Shown here: one piece after another, positions 39,516 through 49,299 of the stretch
Layout: every line of letters starts with the position of its first letter
Numbering within the stretch: the first letter of the stretch is position 1
Assembly (NCBI GenBank): GCA_947505105.1
Contig: CANNKG010000003.1
Location: 987 to 64,986, forward strand
Length of the DNA stretch: 64,000 nt
Reading direction: 5' to 3'
Source: Methylococcaceae bacterium
Lineage (GTDB): Bacteria > Pseudomonadota > Gammaproteobacteria > Methylococcales > Methylomonadaceae
Notes under the pieces: generated by a model
What the model was told of the DNA's origin: nothing
What the model saw: only the letters and a program-made list of their open reading frames with translations
Database searches by the model: none
Position numbers and translations under genes: made by a program

Positions 39516-40349
39516 TTATTTATTGCGTTTCCAACGTTCTGCCACATAGCTCAATGCTTCTTGAATATTTAAGTCCCGCGTAGCGCCGCCGGTACGAACG
39601 AAAAATTTAGGGGTGTTGTTTTGTTCCAGAAAAACCGGTCGTGTAGATGGGGAAACAATCAGACGACAGACTTCTTTTTGATCAATCACATGAAATAATA
39701 CGTGAACATTGGGACAGAGATCTGCGCCCAAATTGCTCGAAATAGCCGTCATCAACGCCTGTTCAAAGCCATCCTGATCCATTTTTTTAAGGGTTTGGTA
39801 ATCTTTTTCAAGCCCGATGATTTCACCATTATCCGCGACCCCAATCAGCAAGGTTCCGCCGATATGACTGTTCAAAAATCCCGCCAGCGTCTTCAGCACC
39901 ACAACTTCAAGCGCTCGATTAATTCTTGATTCGGCGAGATCCCAGCGCAATGAGGATTTGAATTCAAGGTAAGGCCCTTCGCCCTGTCGAATGATTGAGG
40001 CCAAATCCTTATTGAGCTCATTTTTTAGGTGATCGATATGCACCATCCGTTTATGCGCAAATTTATAAAGCATTAACGATAGAAGGCCAATCATTGCGCC
40101 AATCTCGGCATAGAAAATGATCAGCATCAGGTTGTTATGCGAAATACTGCCCGTCAACATCGCCCTAACCTGCGCAAATACGTACTCCAAGGATGAAAGC
40201 GGATCGGCAGATTGTTCCCGGGCATTAATGTAATCATAGCTTGGCGCTAGAACAAAAACGCCCATGACCGCACCGGTAATAATGGCAATCAGATACAATT
40301 TAACCTGTTGCCGCCAGATCAACATGATCAATAAAAAAAATCTTTTCAT
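39516..40349 (-). CDS. Membrane-anchored AlbA_2 (Schlafen-like putative nucleic-acid-binding) domain protein
   Basis: Two hydrophobic helices (LYLIAIITGAVMGVFVLAP, LMLIIFYAEIGAMIGLLSLMLY) are followed by GEGPYLEFKSS...GGTLLIGVADNGEIIGL...FFVRTG, typical of AlbA_2. Confidence 0.7.
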   Translation of the reverse strand: MKRFFLLIMLIWRQQVKLYLIAIITGAVMGVFVLAPSYDYINAREQSADPLSSLEYVFAQVRAMLTGSISHNNLMLIIFYAEIGAMIGLLSLMLYKFAHKRMVHIDHLKNELNKDLASIIRQGEGPYLEFKSSLRWDLAESRINRALEVVVLKTLAGFLNSHIGGTLLIGVADNGEIIGLEKDYQTLKKMDQDGFEQALMTAISSNLGADLCPNVHVLFHVIDQKEVCRLIVSPSTRPVFLEQNNTPKFFVRTGGATRDLNIQEALSYVAERWKRNK

Positions 40350-40382
40350 GATGCTTTTGATTCCTTCCGCTTGAACGAAACG

Positions 40383-40835
40383 TTATGATCCATCTTTCTT
40401 GAATTCGCCTTCCAGGACATCTCGTTCTGCTTGTCTAGCACCACTAAAGGGACTGCCAGGCTGAATAACTGAAAATAGATGATGTTCCAATACATACTGA
40501 GCAATAGTGTGACGCAATTTGGGAACCAGACAAATAAAACCCAACATATCGGTAAAAAAGCCAGGTGTTATCAGCAGTAAACCGCCAGCAAGTATTAAAA
40601 CTCCTTCAGTCAACTCATAAGCGGGAATGATACCCTGCGCAAGGTTATTATTAAGCCGTTGCCAAGTCGCAAAACCTTGCTGTCTAACCAAATTAGCCCC
40701 CACGACGGCAGTGCTTACGACTAATAAAATCGTCGGAATAGCACCAATGATGCTGCCAACTTCCAGGAGTAAAAATATTTCCAGAAATGGAATGATCAAA
40801 ATTAATGCTATCAAGGTTTTTTGAATTGTTTTCAT
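40383..40835 (-). CDS. fxsA: FxsA family membrane protein
   Basis: PFLEIFLLLEVGSIIG...GLLLITPGFFTD..GF.CLVP is the FxsA signature. I placed the start at the ATG at 40835. Confidence 0.85.
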   Translation of the reverse strand: MKTIQKTLIALILIIPFLEIFLLLEVGSIIGAIPTILLVVSTAVVGANLVRQQGFATWQRLNNNLAQGIIPAYELTEGVLILAGGLLLITPGFFTDMLGFICLVPKLRHTIAQYVLEHHLFSVIQPGSPFSGARQAERDVLEGEFKKDGS

Positions 40836-40906
40836 TTGCAATCCTATCAATTAAACTTAAATGCCTGTATTTATGAGGCACATCCAATTTTTTATCGAGA
40901 TTCAGT

Positions 40907-41224
40907 ATGACGTCCTACCAAATCATTTTTTGCACTTGTCCGGATCAGACCACGAGTGAAGCCATTGCACACTTGCTAGTTGAACAGCAATTAGCCGCCT
41001 GCGTTAATATTTTGCCCGGCTTGACTTCAATTTATCGCTGGCAAGATCAGCTTGAAACAGCAGAAGAACATTTATTGATAATTAAATCAACTCAGGATCA
41101 ATATCCAGCTATCGAGCAATCCATCACTTTACGTCACCCCTATGAGATGCCCGAAATTATTGCATTACCGATTGGCCAAGGCTTACCTGCCTATCTCGAG
41201 TGGATTCAACGCGCCGTCGTTTAA
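40907..41224 (+). CDS. cutA: Divalent-cation tolerance protein CutA
   Basis: IIFCTCPD...LAACVNILPGLTSIYRWQDQ...EEHLLIIKS is the canonical CutA1 sequence. Confidence 0.92.
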   Translation: MTSYQIIFCTCPDQTTSEAIAHLLVEQQLAACVNILPGLTSIYRWQDQLETAEEHLLIIKSTQDQYPAIEQSITLRHPYEMPEIIALPIGQGLPAYLEWIQRAVV

Positions 41225-41751
41225 GCCGCAATTAATTTAAAAAATGCCTGTTCGCTGATAATATCGCGATTATTTTCAACGCGATCCAGATACACCAAGC
41301 CATTCAGATGATCATACTCATGCTGAAATACCCGCGCCACGAAACCTGCTAAAGTAACTTCCTTGCGTTCTCCTTCGAGGCTGTAATAAACCACGCGTAT
41401 TGAAGGATAACGGGGCACCAAAGCCCGTATTCCCGGAATACTCAGACAACCTTCCCAATCTTTTTCCAACACAGTATCCGTCGGTGTATATTCCGGATTA
41501 ATCATTACGGTCGGCGCCATTTCAGGGGCATAAGGATAACGTTTAGTCGGCCTTGAAGCGACGATAATCAGCCGTGTCGATTCAAAAATTTGCGGTGCAG
41601 CCAAGCCTACGCCACTGGAATTTTCCAGCGTTAAAAGCATCTCTTGCGCCAACTGCTGCACAGTCTCTGCGGCAATATTGTCAATCACCGGAGCAATTTC
41701 CCGCAGGATTGATTCACCTAACTGTGCTATTGGTCTTGATTGAATTTCCAT
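41221..41751 (-). CDS. def: Peptide deformylase (stand-alone copy, not next to fmt)
   Basis: It carries the motifs GVGLAAPQ, EGCLSIPG and QHEYDHLNG. Confidence 0.92.
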   Translation of the reverse strand: MEIQSRPIAQLGESILREIAPVIDNIAAETVQQLAQEMLLTLENSSGVGLAAPQIFESTRLIIVASRPTKRYPYAPEMAPTVMINPEYTPTDTVLEKDWEGCLSIPGIRALVPRYPSIRVVYYSLEGERKEVTLAGFVARVFQHEYDHLNGLVYLDRVENNRDIISEQAFFKLIAA

Positions 41752-41762
41752 AGTTTCACCAC

Positions 41763-42203
41763 CTATTTCTCCAGTTCATCAATGCCTTGATTGGCTAATT
41801 GATCGGCCATTTCATTGCCAAGATCACCCGAATGCCCTTTCACCCATTGCCAATCAATGGTATGCCGTCCACATGCCGTATCGAGACGACGCCACAAATC
41901 CTCATTTTTGACCGGTTGTTTTGAAGCGGTTTTCCAGCCACGCCGTTTCCAATTAGGTAACCATTCCGTAATTCCTTGCAATACATATTTGGAATCGGTA
42001 TGCAGAATGACTGCGCATGGACGGGTGAGCACTTCCAAGGCTTGAATGGCGGCCATCAACTCCATTCTATTGTTGGTAGTATCCAGATCTCCACCATAGA
42101 GCTGTTTTTGAACATCGCCGTAACGCAATAACACCCCCCAGCCGCCCTTGCCGGGATTGCCTCGACACGCACCATCGGTATAAATGATGACCGGATTATC
42201 CAT
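41763..42203 (-). CDS. rnhA: Ribonuclease HI
   Basis: [17 protein letters not shown]...TNNRMEL...HTDSKYV...WVKGHSG..GNE.AD. The ATG at 42203 overlaps the stop of the upstream gene. Confidence 0.93.
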   Translation of the reverse strand: MDNPVIIYTDGACRGNPGKGGWGVLLRYGDVQKQLYGGDLDTTNNRMELMAAIQALEVLTRPCAVILHTDSKYVLQGITEWLPNWKRRGWKTASKQPVKNEDLWRRLDTACGRHTIDWQWVKGHSGDLGNEMADQLANQGIDELEK

Positions 42204-42915
42204 GTTCCTGCACCTGCTGTTGTGACGTTTCAAGGTTATCCGCCATTGCCAGACGAGCGCGCCCGACCATGACTGGCGTCAGTGGAATAAGGGTATAACG
42301 TCGCTTGACCGCTTTTATAGCATAAGCCATTGCAAGTAAAGGATTTTTACTGACAGCAAACTTTTTATCGACAGCATCAATCTGATTAACATTGAATTCT
42401 GAACTCAATTTAACCTGAAAATTAAGTAGTTTTAACCAGTCCAAGACTCTTGATCGACTGATAAAATGCGCGCGCCAAGAATCGGACCATTTTTTATCCC
42501 ATAGAAATTGATAACGCAACCAAAGATTCCATGGATTAAAGTTGATAATAATTAATTCACCTTCAGGCTTAAGAATGCGCTCAACCTCGCGCATGGTCTG
42601 GAAGCGCTGTGCATCAAATTCCAGGATATGCGGCAGAATCACTAAATCGACACTCCCGGTCTGAATAGGTAGAGCGTATGCTTTCGCTCTAATTTTTAAT
42701 GCTTCAGGTGATCCGAGCGTTTTGTCATCCAAGATGATAAATTTTTCGTACAACGAGCAATCAATAAAGCTATCTTCCCAGTTTAAACCGCCAATCTGGA
42801 CGATCACTTGCCGACAACTCACCTGAATCGCGCGCTCTAAATATTCGGCTTCCAACTGCTGGAGTACGCTACCTCTGGGCGTTTCGTACCATGCAAATAA
42901 AAAATTGCGCTTCAT
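42196..42915 (-). CDS. yafS: YafS-like SAM-dependent methyltransferase
   Basis: [11 protein letters not shown] and [11 protein letters not shown] resemble E. coli YafS as I recall it. Its position matches the E. coli mltD-gloB-yafS-rnhA neighbourhood. Confidence 0.65.
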   Translation of the reverse strand: MKRNFLFAWYETPRGSVLQQLEAEYLERAIQVSCRQVIVQIGGLNWEDSFIDCSLYEKFIILDDKTLGSPEALKIRAKAYALPIQTGSVDLVILPHILEFDAQRFQTMREVERILKPEGELIIINFNPWNLWLRYQFLWDKKWSDSWRAHFISRSRVLDWLKLLNFQVKLSSEFNVNQIDAVDKKFAVSKNPLLAMAYAIKAVKRRYTLIPLTPVMVGRARLAMADNLETSQQQVQEHG

Positions 42916-43005
42916 AAATTAAACTCAAACAAGATATGGTGATGATTTCCAATGAAAACAAGCTATAATCTTTCAATTCCTAACAACAATAATTGATTTC
43001 TGCCG

Positions 43006-44646
43006 ATGATTAAGAATAATTTTAACAGGTCAGTGAAGTTTTTATTTTTTTTGATGGTAGTCATGTTCATTAGCGGATGTGCAGAACAATCCCCAAAATC
43101 ATTCGCATTTAACGATTCGTCCCCCGGACATCAATTCCCCCCCCGTTCACCAAACCAGAATAACAATAAAAAGGGGTGGTCCAGATTCAAATCTCTTCAG
43201 AAAAAGAATTTTAGTGAGCAAGATCTGATCTGGGATCGCTTGCTTTCGCTTTATGCGTTACCGGAAGTTGATCACCCTCGAGTCGAACGCGAATTAAACT
43301 GGTACCTAGATCACCCGGATTATATTGCCAGAGTTCAGCAGCGCGCAGAGCCTTATTTGTATCAAATCCTGAATGAAATCGAGGAAAAAAATATTCCCGG
43401 CGAAATGGCATTGTTGCCCATCGTCGAAAGCGCCTTCCGTCCTGAAGCCGTTTCAAGCGCTTCTGCGGCGGGCTTATGGCAATTTATGCCGGCTACCGGA
43501 CAATTATTTGGTTTAGAACAAAACTCTTGGTATGACGGTCGTAGAGACATTTATAAATCAACTCAAGCTGCCGCAAGTTATTTGAAAGATCTTAGCGAAA
43601 CTTTCAACGGTGACTGGTTGTTAGCATTAGCCTCTTATAACTACGGCAAAGGCAATGTCCAAAAAGCGATTGATAAAAATTATCTGAGTGGAGAGCCGAC
43701 CGACTACTGGTCTTTGCATAACCTCCCTCAAGAAACAATGGCCTATGTGCCTAAATTACTTGCCATCGCCAAATTATTCGCCCATGCCGACGAATATAAT
43801 ATCCAGTTACATCCAATTCGTAACAAACCGGTTTTCGAAGTCGTTGACCTTGATTCGCCATTGAATCTATATCAAGCCGCTGCAATGGCGAACACCAACA
43901 GTGAACATTTTTTGAAGCTCAATTCAGGTTATAAAAATGGCGTGACCCCACCAGATGGTCCCAATCATTTATTGATTCCAATCGCACAAGTCGATAGCTT
44001 CAGAAAAAAATTCGATCAGATTTCAGACGAACAAAAAGAATTATTTACCCAGGAACTTCGTAACGAACAAGCAAAAGTACTTGCCGCCAAAAAAGCTCAG
44101 GAAGCTGAAAAATTACGTAAAGCTGAAGAGGAACGTCTGGCTTTGATTAGAGCTCAAGAAGAAAAACTGGCGCGTCAAAAACATGGCAAACATGATAAAC
44201 ACAAAGGTGACGACAAACTCTTGGCTTTGAAATCGGATGATAAAAATAGCCATTCCAAAAACGCTAAAAAAGGTATTGAGCCTGCTCAAGAGAATTTTTA
44301 TACCGTCAAAAAGAGCGACACCATTTACCAAATTGCTCGCTCGTTCTCGGTTAATCCTAAAGACTTAGCGAGCTGGAATAATCTCCAATTAAACAAGCCA
44401 TTAAAATCTGGCCAAAAACTTTCAATCAAAAGCAAACCACAAATGGTGGCTTCTGCGGCTAACAATAATCCATTCCAGAAAGTCTACTACGTCGTGAAAA
44501 AAGGTGATTCGCTGATCGGAATTGCGAAACGCTTTAATGTATCCATTCCGGATATCAAAAAATGGAATGCCGATAAAATGAATAAAAACATCGAAACCGG
44601 TATGAAATTAAAAGTAATCGTCGACGCAGCCCACTCGACAACCTAA
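43006..44646 (+). CDS. mltD: Membrane-bound lytic murein transglycosylase D with two C-terminal LysM domains
   Basis: It has a lipoprotein-type signal (FISGCAEQ) and the catalytic region ESAF...AAGLWQFMPATG. The two LysM repeats are YTVKKSDTIYQIARSF and YVVKKGDSLIGIAKRF. Confidence 0.9.
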   Translation: MIKNNFNRSVKFLFFLMVVMFISGCAEQSPKSFAFNDSSPGHQFPPRSPNQNNNKKGWSRFKSLQKKNFSEQDLIWDRLLSLYALPEVDHPRVERELNWYLDHPDYIARVQQRAEPYLYQILNEIEEKNIPGEMALLPIVESAFRPEAVSSASAAGLWQFMPATGQLFGLEQNSWYDGRRDIYKSTQAAASYLKDLSETFNGDWLLALASYNYGKGNVQKAIDKNYLSGEPTDYWSLHNLPQETMAYVPKLLAIAKLFAHADEYNIQLHPIRNKPVFEVVDLDSPLNLYQAAAMANTNSEHFLKLNSGYKNGVTPPDGPNHLLIPIAQVDSFRKKFDQISDEQKELFTQELRNEQAKVLAAKKAQEAEKLRKAEEERLALIRAQEEKLARQKHGKHDKHKGDDKLLALKSDDKNSHSKNAKKGIEPAQENFYTVKKSDTIYQIARSFSVNPKDLASWNNLQLNKPLKSGQKLSIKSKPQMVASAANNNPFQKVYYVVKKGDSLIGIAKRFNVSIPDIKKWNADKMNKNIETGMKLKVIVDAAHSTT

Positions 44647-44667
44647 ATCTCGCAATTCATAGCATGA

Positions 44668-44706
44668 AAAACCATGAAGTTGCTTATTGCAACTTCATGG
44701 TTTCTG
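44668..44706 (+). terminator. Rho-independent terminator after mltD
   Basis: AAACCATGAAGTTGC-TTATT-GCAACTTCATGGTTT is followed by CTGATT. Confidence 0.8.
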
Positions 44707-45032
44707 ATTGACCTGTATCGTTGATACGCCCTCCTCTAGAGTCGATAAATTTCTACCAAGTATTCCCACTATATCAATTAGCCCATACTTAATCAGACAA
44801 TAATGTCATGACAAATTGACAAAAATGACAGCTTGTCATACAAATCATGCAGATATATTTGGTAGCCTGGAAGATATATTAAAAGCAAATTCCCATAATT
44901 ATATTTAAAACAAAAAGATACAATTAACACTTTAAATTAATACCAGCCGACCGAACTAATAATCAGCGTAAATAAACTTGGCACTGTTAATGCTTGGATT
45001 AAATAAACTATTATTAATCTCGGAGCTTAGTC

Positions 45033-45236
45033 ATGAACACTTTCACAAATACCCCGATATCATCTATCAATATAGCTGAGTTTATTGACATTTTAAGCGA
45101 CGAATTTACTGGTATTAAAGGTTTTGGCGTCTATGCGTTTCTATCTTTCAGAGATATTGAAAATTTATATTCGATATTTTTGGTAAACAAAATGCCGGCA
45201 AGAGCTTTCAGCCGGACGTTTGTCAAAAATTATTAA
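45033..45236 (+). CDS. Small (67 aa) protein of unknown function, paralog of the 46388-46585 product
   Basis: A GGAG RBS lies 7 nt upstream of the ATG. It aligns without gaps to the other small ORF over ~51 residues (FID.L...F...KG[FY]G..A[FY]L). Confidence 0.65.
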   Translation: MNTFTNTPISSINIAEFIDILSDEFTGIKGFGVYAFLSFRDIENLYSIFLVNKMPARAFSRTFVKNY

Positions 45237-45396
45237 AAATAACGAAATTGTCACGCAAGCTTTAAGCAGAGATACGACTTTATATTTCCGTGAATATTAA
45301 AATCACAGTAGAATGCTGCGCTTAAAGCATCTAAATTGTGACGCGTTTCAAAGATACTATTTAGATCAATCTTAATATTTAGCTGGGTATTTAATT

Positions 45397-46347
45397 TTGG
45401 TTATAGGTCATCCACAAAAATCACTGGTTTTATATGGCTGGCTGTCGATTGGTGCCGCCGTAGCGACAATTATCCTTAAAAGTTACGCCTACTGGCTAAC
45501 TGATTCGGTGGGATTACTCTCTGATGCTCTGGAATCTTTAATCAATCTCGTGGCAGCCATTATTGTCGTGATCGCACTCAATATTGCAGCACTCCCACCA
45601 GACGACAATCATGCTTATGGACATGAAAAAATTGAATATTTCTCAAGCGGTGCTGAAGGAATCATGATTTTATTAGCAGCCTTTAGCATTGGATTTACCG
45701 CTTGGGATCGGCTCTGGCATCCATTGGAGTTACAACGCATTGATATAGGTGCGGCCATTTCTGCCTTAGCGTCGATAATTAATCTAATTGTGGCGCGAAT
45801 TCTACTGGCTGCGGGCAAAAAACATCAATCGATCACCCTGGAAGCTGACGGCAGACACTTGATGACCGATGTATGGACAACCTGCGGAATTATTTTTGGC
45901 ATTATTCTAATCAGCCTGGGTAATCGTTTTGAGATAACATTGACTCTGGCTCATCAGTTAGGTTTGCCAAACTGGGAGATTCTGGACCCTATCATTGCCA
46001 TGCTGGTTGCGTTACAGATCATTTGGTCAGGCCTGCAATTAATCAAGAGGACGGTTTCAGGCTTAATGGATACCGCATTACCCAGCCAGGAACGCAGTCA
46101 AATCGTCACGATTTTAGAAGAATTTGTCGAAAGCGATGGAATTGCCTACCATGAATTAAGAACCCGTTATGCCGGTTCAAGAAAATTCATGGCAGTGCAT
46201 GTTTTAGTCCCTGGAACATGGACTGTTCAACAGGGACATGACTTGGTTGATCAAATAGAGCTCAAAATCCTATCCAATCTGAACAAAATAGATATCGACA
46301 TCCATCTGGAACCCATTGAAGACAAACTCTCCTGGCAACATCGCTAA
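45397..46347 (+). CDS. Cation diffusion facilitator family transporter (FieF/YiiP-like)
   Basis: LLSDALESLINLVAA and PPDDNHAYGHEKIEYF are CDF TM2/TM5 metal-site motifs. A C-terminal cytoplasmic domain is present. The start codon is TTG. Confidence 0.85.
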   Translation: MVIGHPQKSLVLYGWLSIGAAVATIILKSYAYWLTDSVGLLSDALESLINLVAAIIVVIALNIAALPPDDNHAYGHEKIEYFSSGAEGIMILLAAFSIGFTAWDRLWHPLELQRIDIGAAISALASIINLIVARILLAAGKKHQSITLEADGRHLMTDVWTTCGIIFGIILISLGNRFEITLTLAHQLGLPNWEILDPIIAMLVALQIIWSGLQLIKRTVSGLMDTALPSQERSQIVTILEEFVESDGIAYHELRTRYAGSRKFMAVHVLVPGTWTVQQGHDLVDQIELKILSNLNKIDIDIHLEPIEDKLSWQHR

Positions 46348-46387
46348 GACTATCGTCGATTAACCTTATTAATTCATTGGCTAGTTT

Positions 46388-46585
46388 TCAATAATATTCC
46401 CTAATGACACTTTTAATAAATTGCTGTTCAGACTGATTTTGAGTCTGATATTGATTAAACAAGCGTAAGATTGAATTAGACGTGAGGTAGGCACCTGCAC
46501 CGTAACCTTTTACTGATAAAAATCCCTGATTCAAAGCATCTATAAAATTTATGCGCTGGGTGTTAATTGAAATTTGTTGCTCCAT
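46388..46585 (-). CDS. Small (65 aa) protein of unknown function, paralog of the 45033-45236 product
   Basis: A GAGGAG RBS lies upstream of the ATG. It is homologous to the other small ORF (see finding). Confidence 0.65.
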   Translation of the reverse strand: MEQQISINTQRINFIDALNQGFLSVKGYGAGAYLTSNSILRLFNQYQTQNQSEQQFIKSVIREYY

Positions 46586-46687
46586 GATGCTCTCCTCTAC
46601 TGTGTTGCTTTACAGCGTAAATTATCCAGTCAACTAGTGTATAGACAAGCCGTAAATAAATAAAGTTTTAACGAGATCAATAAAAAA

Positions 46688-48076
46688 TTAAATTCCATCT
46701 AAGTCATCATCCACTTTATCGTGCTTGATATGATGTTTCATGTGAACTTCCTTGATTACCAAATTACAGAAAAAACCCACCACTAAAAGTCCGGCCATAA
46801 TGTACATGGTCAAGGTATAGGCTTCAGCTTTTGGAACGCCTTGAGCAATCTGGCTTTCACGTAAATAATTGACCAGAACCGGACCTGCCACGCCCGCCGT
46901 CGACCATGCGGTCAGCAATCTGCCGTGAATCGCACCGACATATCTCGTTCCAAAAATATCGGCAAGATAAGCCGGAATGGTTGCGAAGCCCCCGCCATAC
47001 ATACTCATAATGATGGCATAACACCCGACAAACAGCGGGATATTATGCATTTTCCCCATGGAGGGTACAGCGGAATACAGTAAGCACCCTAGCAAGAAAA
47101 AAGTGAAATAAACGTTTTTCCGACCCAGATAATCTGAAATGGTCGACCAAAAAAATCGTCCACCCATGTTAAAAAAGCTCAACAAGCCGACAAAAGCCGC
47201 TGCTTTTTCCGGTGTAAAGTAATCTTTAAACATTTCCTGGCTCATCGCAGAAGCCTGTCCCAATACACCAATCCCTGCCGTTACGTTCAAACATAACACG
47301 AACCATAAAAAATAGAATTGTGGCGTTTTTAAGGCTTGATCAACATGGACATGCTGTTTGGTAATCAGTGCCTGAGATCGTTTCGGAGCCTTATAATGCT
47401 CAGGAGCCCAGTCTTGAGGCGGTAAACGAATGCTGAAAGCCCCAATTAACATCATTACCAGATAGATACTGCCCATCGTAACGAATGTTTCAGCCACACC
47501 TACCGAAAGCCCCGTCGCATAATGCTTCATCAACATAACACTTAGAGGTGCACCAATCATCGCGCCACCGCCAAAACCCATAATGGCAAGCCCGGTAGCC
47601 ATCCCGCGACGATCAGGAAACCATTTAATCAGAGTAGATACGGGAGAAACGTAGCCCAACCCCAGCCCAATACCGCCTAAAACCCCATAACCCAAGTATA
47701 ACAACCAAATTTGATGTAACGACACGCCAAGCGCAGAAATAAAAAACCCACAACTAAAGCAAATTGCGGCGCAAAACATGGTCACTCGAGGCCCGACTTT
47801 TTCGAGCCATTTACCCGCAAAAGCTGCCGATAGCCCCAAAAAGACAATAGCTAAACTGAAAATCCAACCCAATTCGGTAAGCTTCCAGTCTTCAGGTAAT
47901 GAATTAGTGATACCCAAGACTTTGGTCAACGGTAAATTGAACACACTGAAGGCATATACCTGTCCGATACACAGATGAACCGCCAAAGCCGCAGGCGCGA
48001 CCAACCAGCGATTAAATCCCGGTTTAGCAATAATTCTTTCTTTTGCTAACCAAGTTAGCGATTGATTAGTAGACAT
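46688..48076 (-). CDS. MFS transporter, oxalate/formate antiporter (OFA)-like
   Basis: It has 12 predicted TM helices and an N-terminal NRWLVAPAALAVHLCIGQVYAFSVF typical of OFA-family MFS proteins. Confidence 0.8.
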   Translation of the reverse strand: MSTNQSLTWLAKERIIAKPGFNRWLVAPAALAVHLCIGQVYAFSVFNLPLTKVLGITNSLPEDWKLTELGWIFSLAIVFLGLSAAFAGKWLEKVGPRVTMFCAAICFSCGFFISALGVSLHQIWLLYLGYGVLGGIGLGLGYVSPVSTLIKWFPDRRGMATGLAIMGFGGGAMIGAPLSVMLMKHYATGLSVGVAETFVTMGSIYLVMMLIGAFSIRLPPQDWAPEHYKAPKRSQALITKQHVHVDQALKTPQFYFLWFVLCLNVTAGIGVLGQASAMSQEMFKDYFTPEKAAAFVGLLSFFNMGGRFFWSTISDYLGRKNVYFTFFLLGCLLYSAVPSMGKMHNIPLFVGCYAIIMSMYGGGFATIPAYLADIFGTRYVGAIHGRLLTAWSTAGVAGPVLVNYLRESQIAQGVPKAEAYTLTMYIMAGLLVVGFFCNLVIKEVHMKHHIKHDKVDDDLDGI

Positions 48077-48375
48077 AATTTAAGATTTCCCGACTAAATT
48101 TTTATTATTGTAATAACCCAGCATTTATGGGTATGGCACATAGAAAAACTTGTAAATTTTCTCGGGAATTACGATAAAACACAAGCAATGTCGATTGTTT
48201 TATCAACTTGTTCAGTCTTGGTTTAGGAAAGTTCAGCATAATAAGCCTCATGAGCGCATTTTTGAGATCCGAATCAAATTTTCTTTACCAGTTGAACCAT
48301 TTGAATTATTAGCACTCTAATCAATTGAGTGCTAAAATTGCGCCAAATTATTAATTCTTCTTTATGAGGGTGACT

Positions 48376-49233
48376 ATGACTACAGAGTTGGCTTTACCTA
48401 TAAATCTTTCTATTGGAACATTTGACGCCTATCTAAATGCCGTAAATCAAATGTCAAGATTGACTGTAGAGGAAGAAACCGAGCTTGCAATACGTTTCAG
48501 AGAGGACGGCGATTTAAGTGCCGCGCGCGAATTGGTATTATCTAATCTGCGTTTTGTGGTTTATGTTGCGCGTGGCTATAGCGGTTATGGCTTGCCACTG
48601 CCTGATATCATCCAAGAAGGCAATGTCGGCTTAATGAAAGCGGTGAAACGTTTCGACCCCAGTATGGGCGTTCGGCTAGTTTCCTTTGCCGTTCATTGGA
48701 TCAAAGCGGAAATTCATGAGTATGTGATTAAAAACTGGCGTATTGTTAAAATTGCGACCACCAAGGCGCAACGTAAATTATTTTTTAATTTGCGTAAATC
48801 CAAAAAATCGCTGGGTTCTTTATCGAAAGCCGAAGCGTCTACTATTGCAAATGACCTAGGCGTTGACCTTAAAAATGTCTATGAAATGGAACAGCGCTTA
48901 AGCAGCCAAGATATGGCATTTGACATGTCAGATGATGATGGTGCCGATGATCAATTCAGTGCACCGGTCAATTACCTACAAGCTCATGCTGCCGACCCTG
49001 CCGATATTCTTGAAAATGCCGATTGGGAAGGACATGAACAAGATCGATTGAGTAATGCTCTGGCAGAACTTGATCCACGCAGTCTGGATATTTTATCCAG
49101 TCGCTGGCTAAGTGAAGAAAAGGCAACCCTGCATGAGCTGGCAGAACGCCATAAAGTATCGGCTGAGCGTATCAGACAGCTCGAAGCCAATGCACTAAAA
49201 AAATTAAAGTCCGCAGTCCTGTTGGCTGCTTAA
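48376..49233 (+). CDS. rpoH: RNA polymerase sigma-32 (heat-shock sigma factor RpoH)
   Basis: It contains the RpoH box [10 protein letters not shown] and sigma-70 regions 2 and 4. The ATG at 48376 is preceded by GAGGGTG. Confidence 0.95.
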   Translation: MTTELALPINLSIGTFDAYLNAVNQMSRLTVEEETELAIRFREDGDLSAARELVLSNLRFVVYVARGYSGYGLPLPDIIQEGNVGLMKAVKRFDPSMGVRLVSFAVHWIKAEIHEYVIKNWRIVKIATTKAQRKLFFNLRKSKKSLGSLSKAEASTIANDLGVDLKNVYEMEQRLSSQDMAFDMSDDDGADDQFSAPVNYLQAHAADPADILENADWEGHEQDRLSNALAELDPRSLDILSSRWLSEEKATLHELAERHKVSAERIRQLEANALKKLKSAVLLAA

Positions 49234-49265
49234 GGTTTAATTAACGAAGCAACCGACTCACAAAT

Positions 49266-49299
49266 AAAGCTTAACGAATAATTCGTTAAGCTTTTTTTT
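49266..49299 (+). terminator. Rho-independent terminator after rpoH
   Basis: AAAGCTTAACGAA...TTCGTTAAGCTTT is followed by TTTTT. Confidence 0.85.

Noticed and set aside
41221-41224. Convergent cutA and def share overlapping stop codons (TTAA); similarly a 13-bp convergent overlap at 63606-63618
   Set aside because: These are real but trivial consequences of compact gene packing, with no evidence of functional significance.
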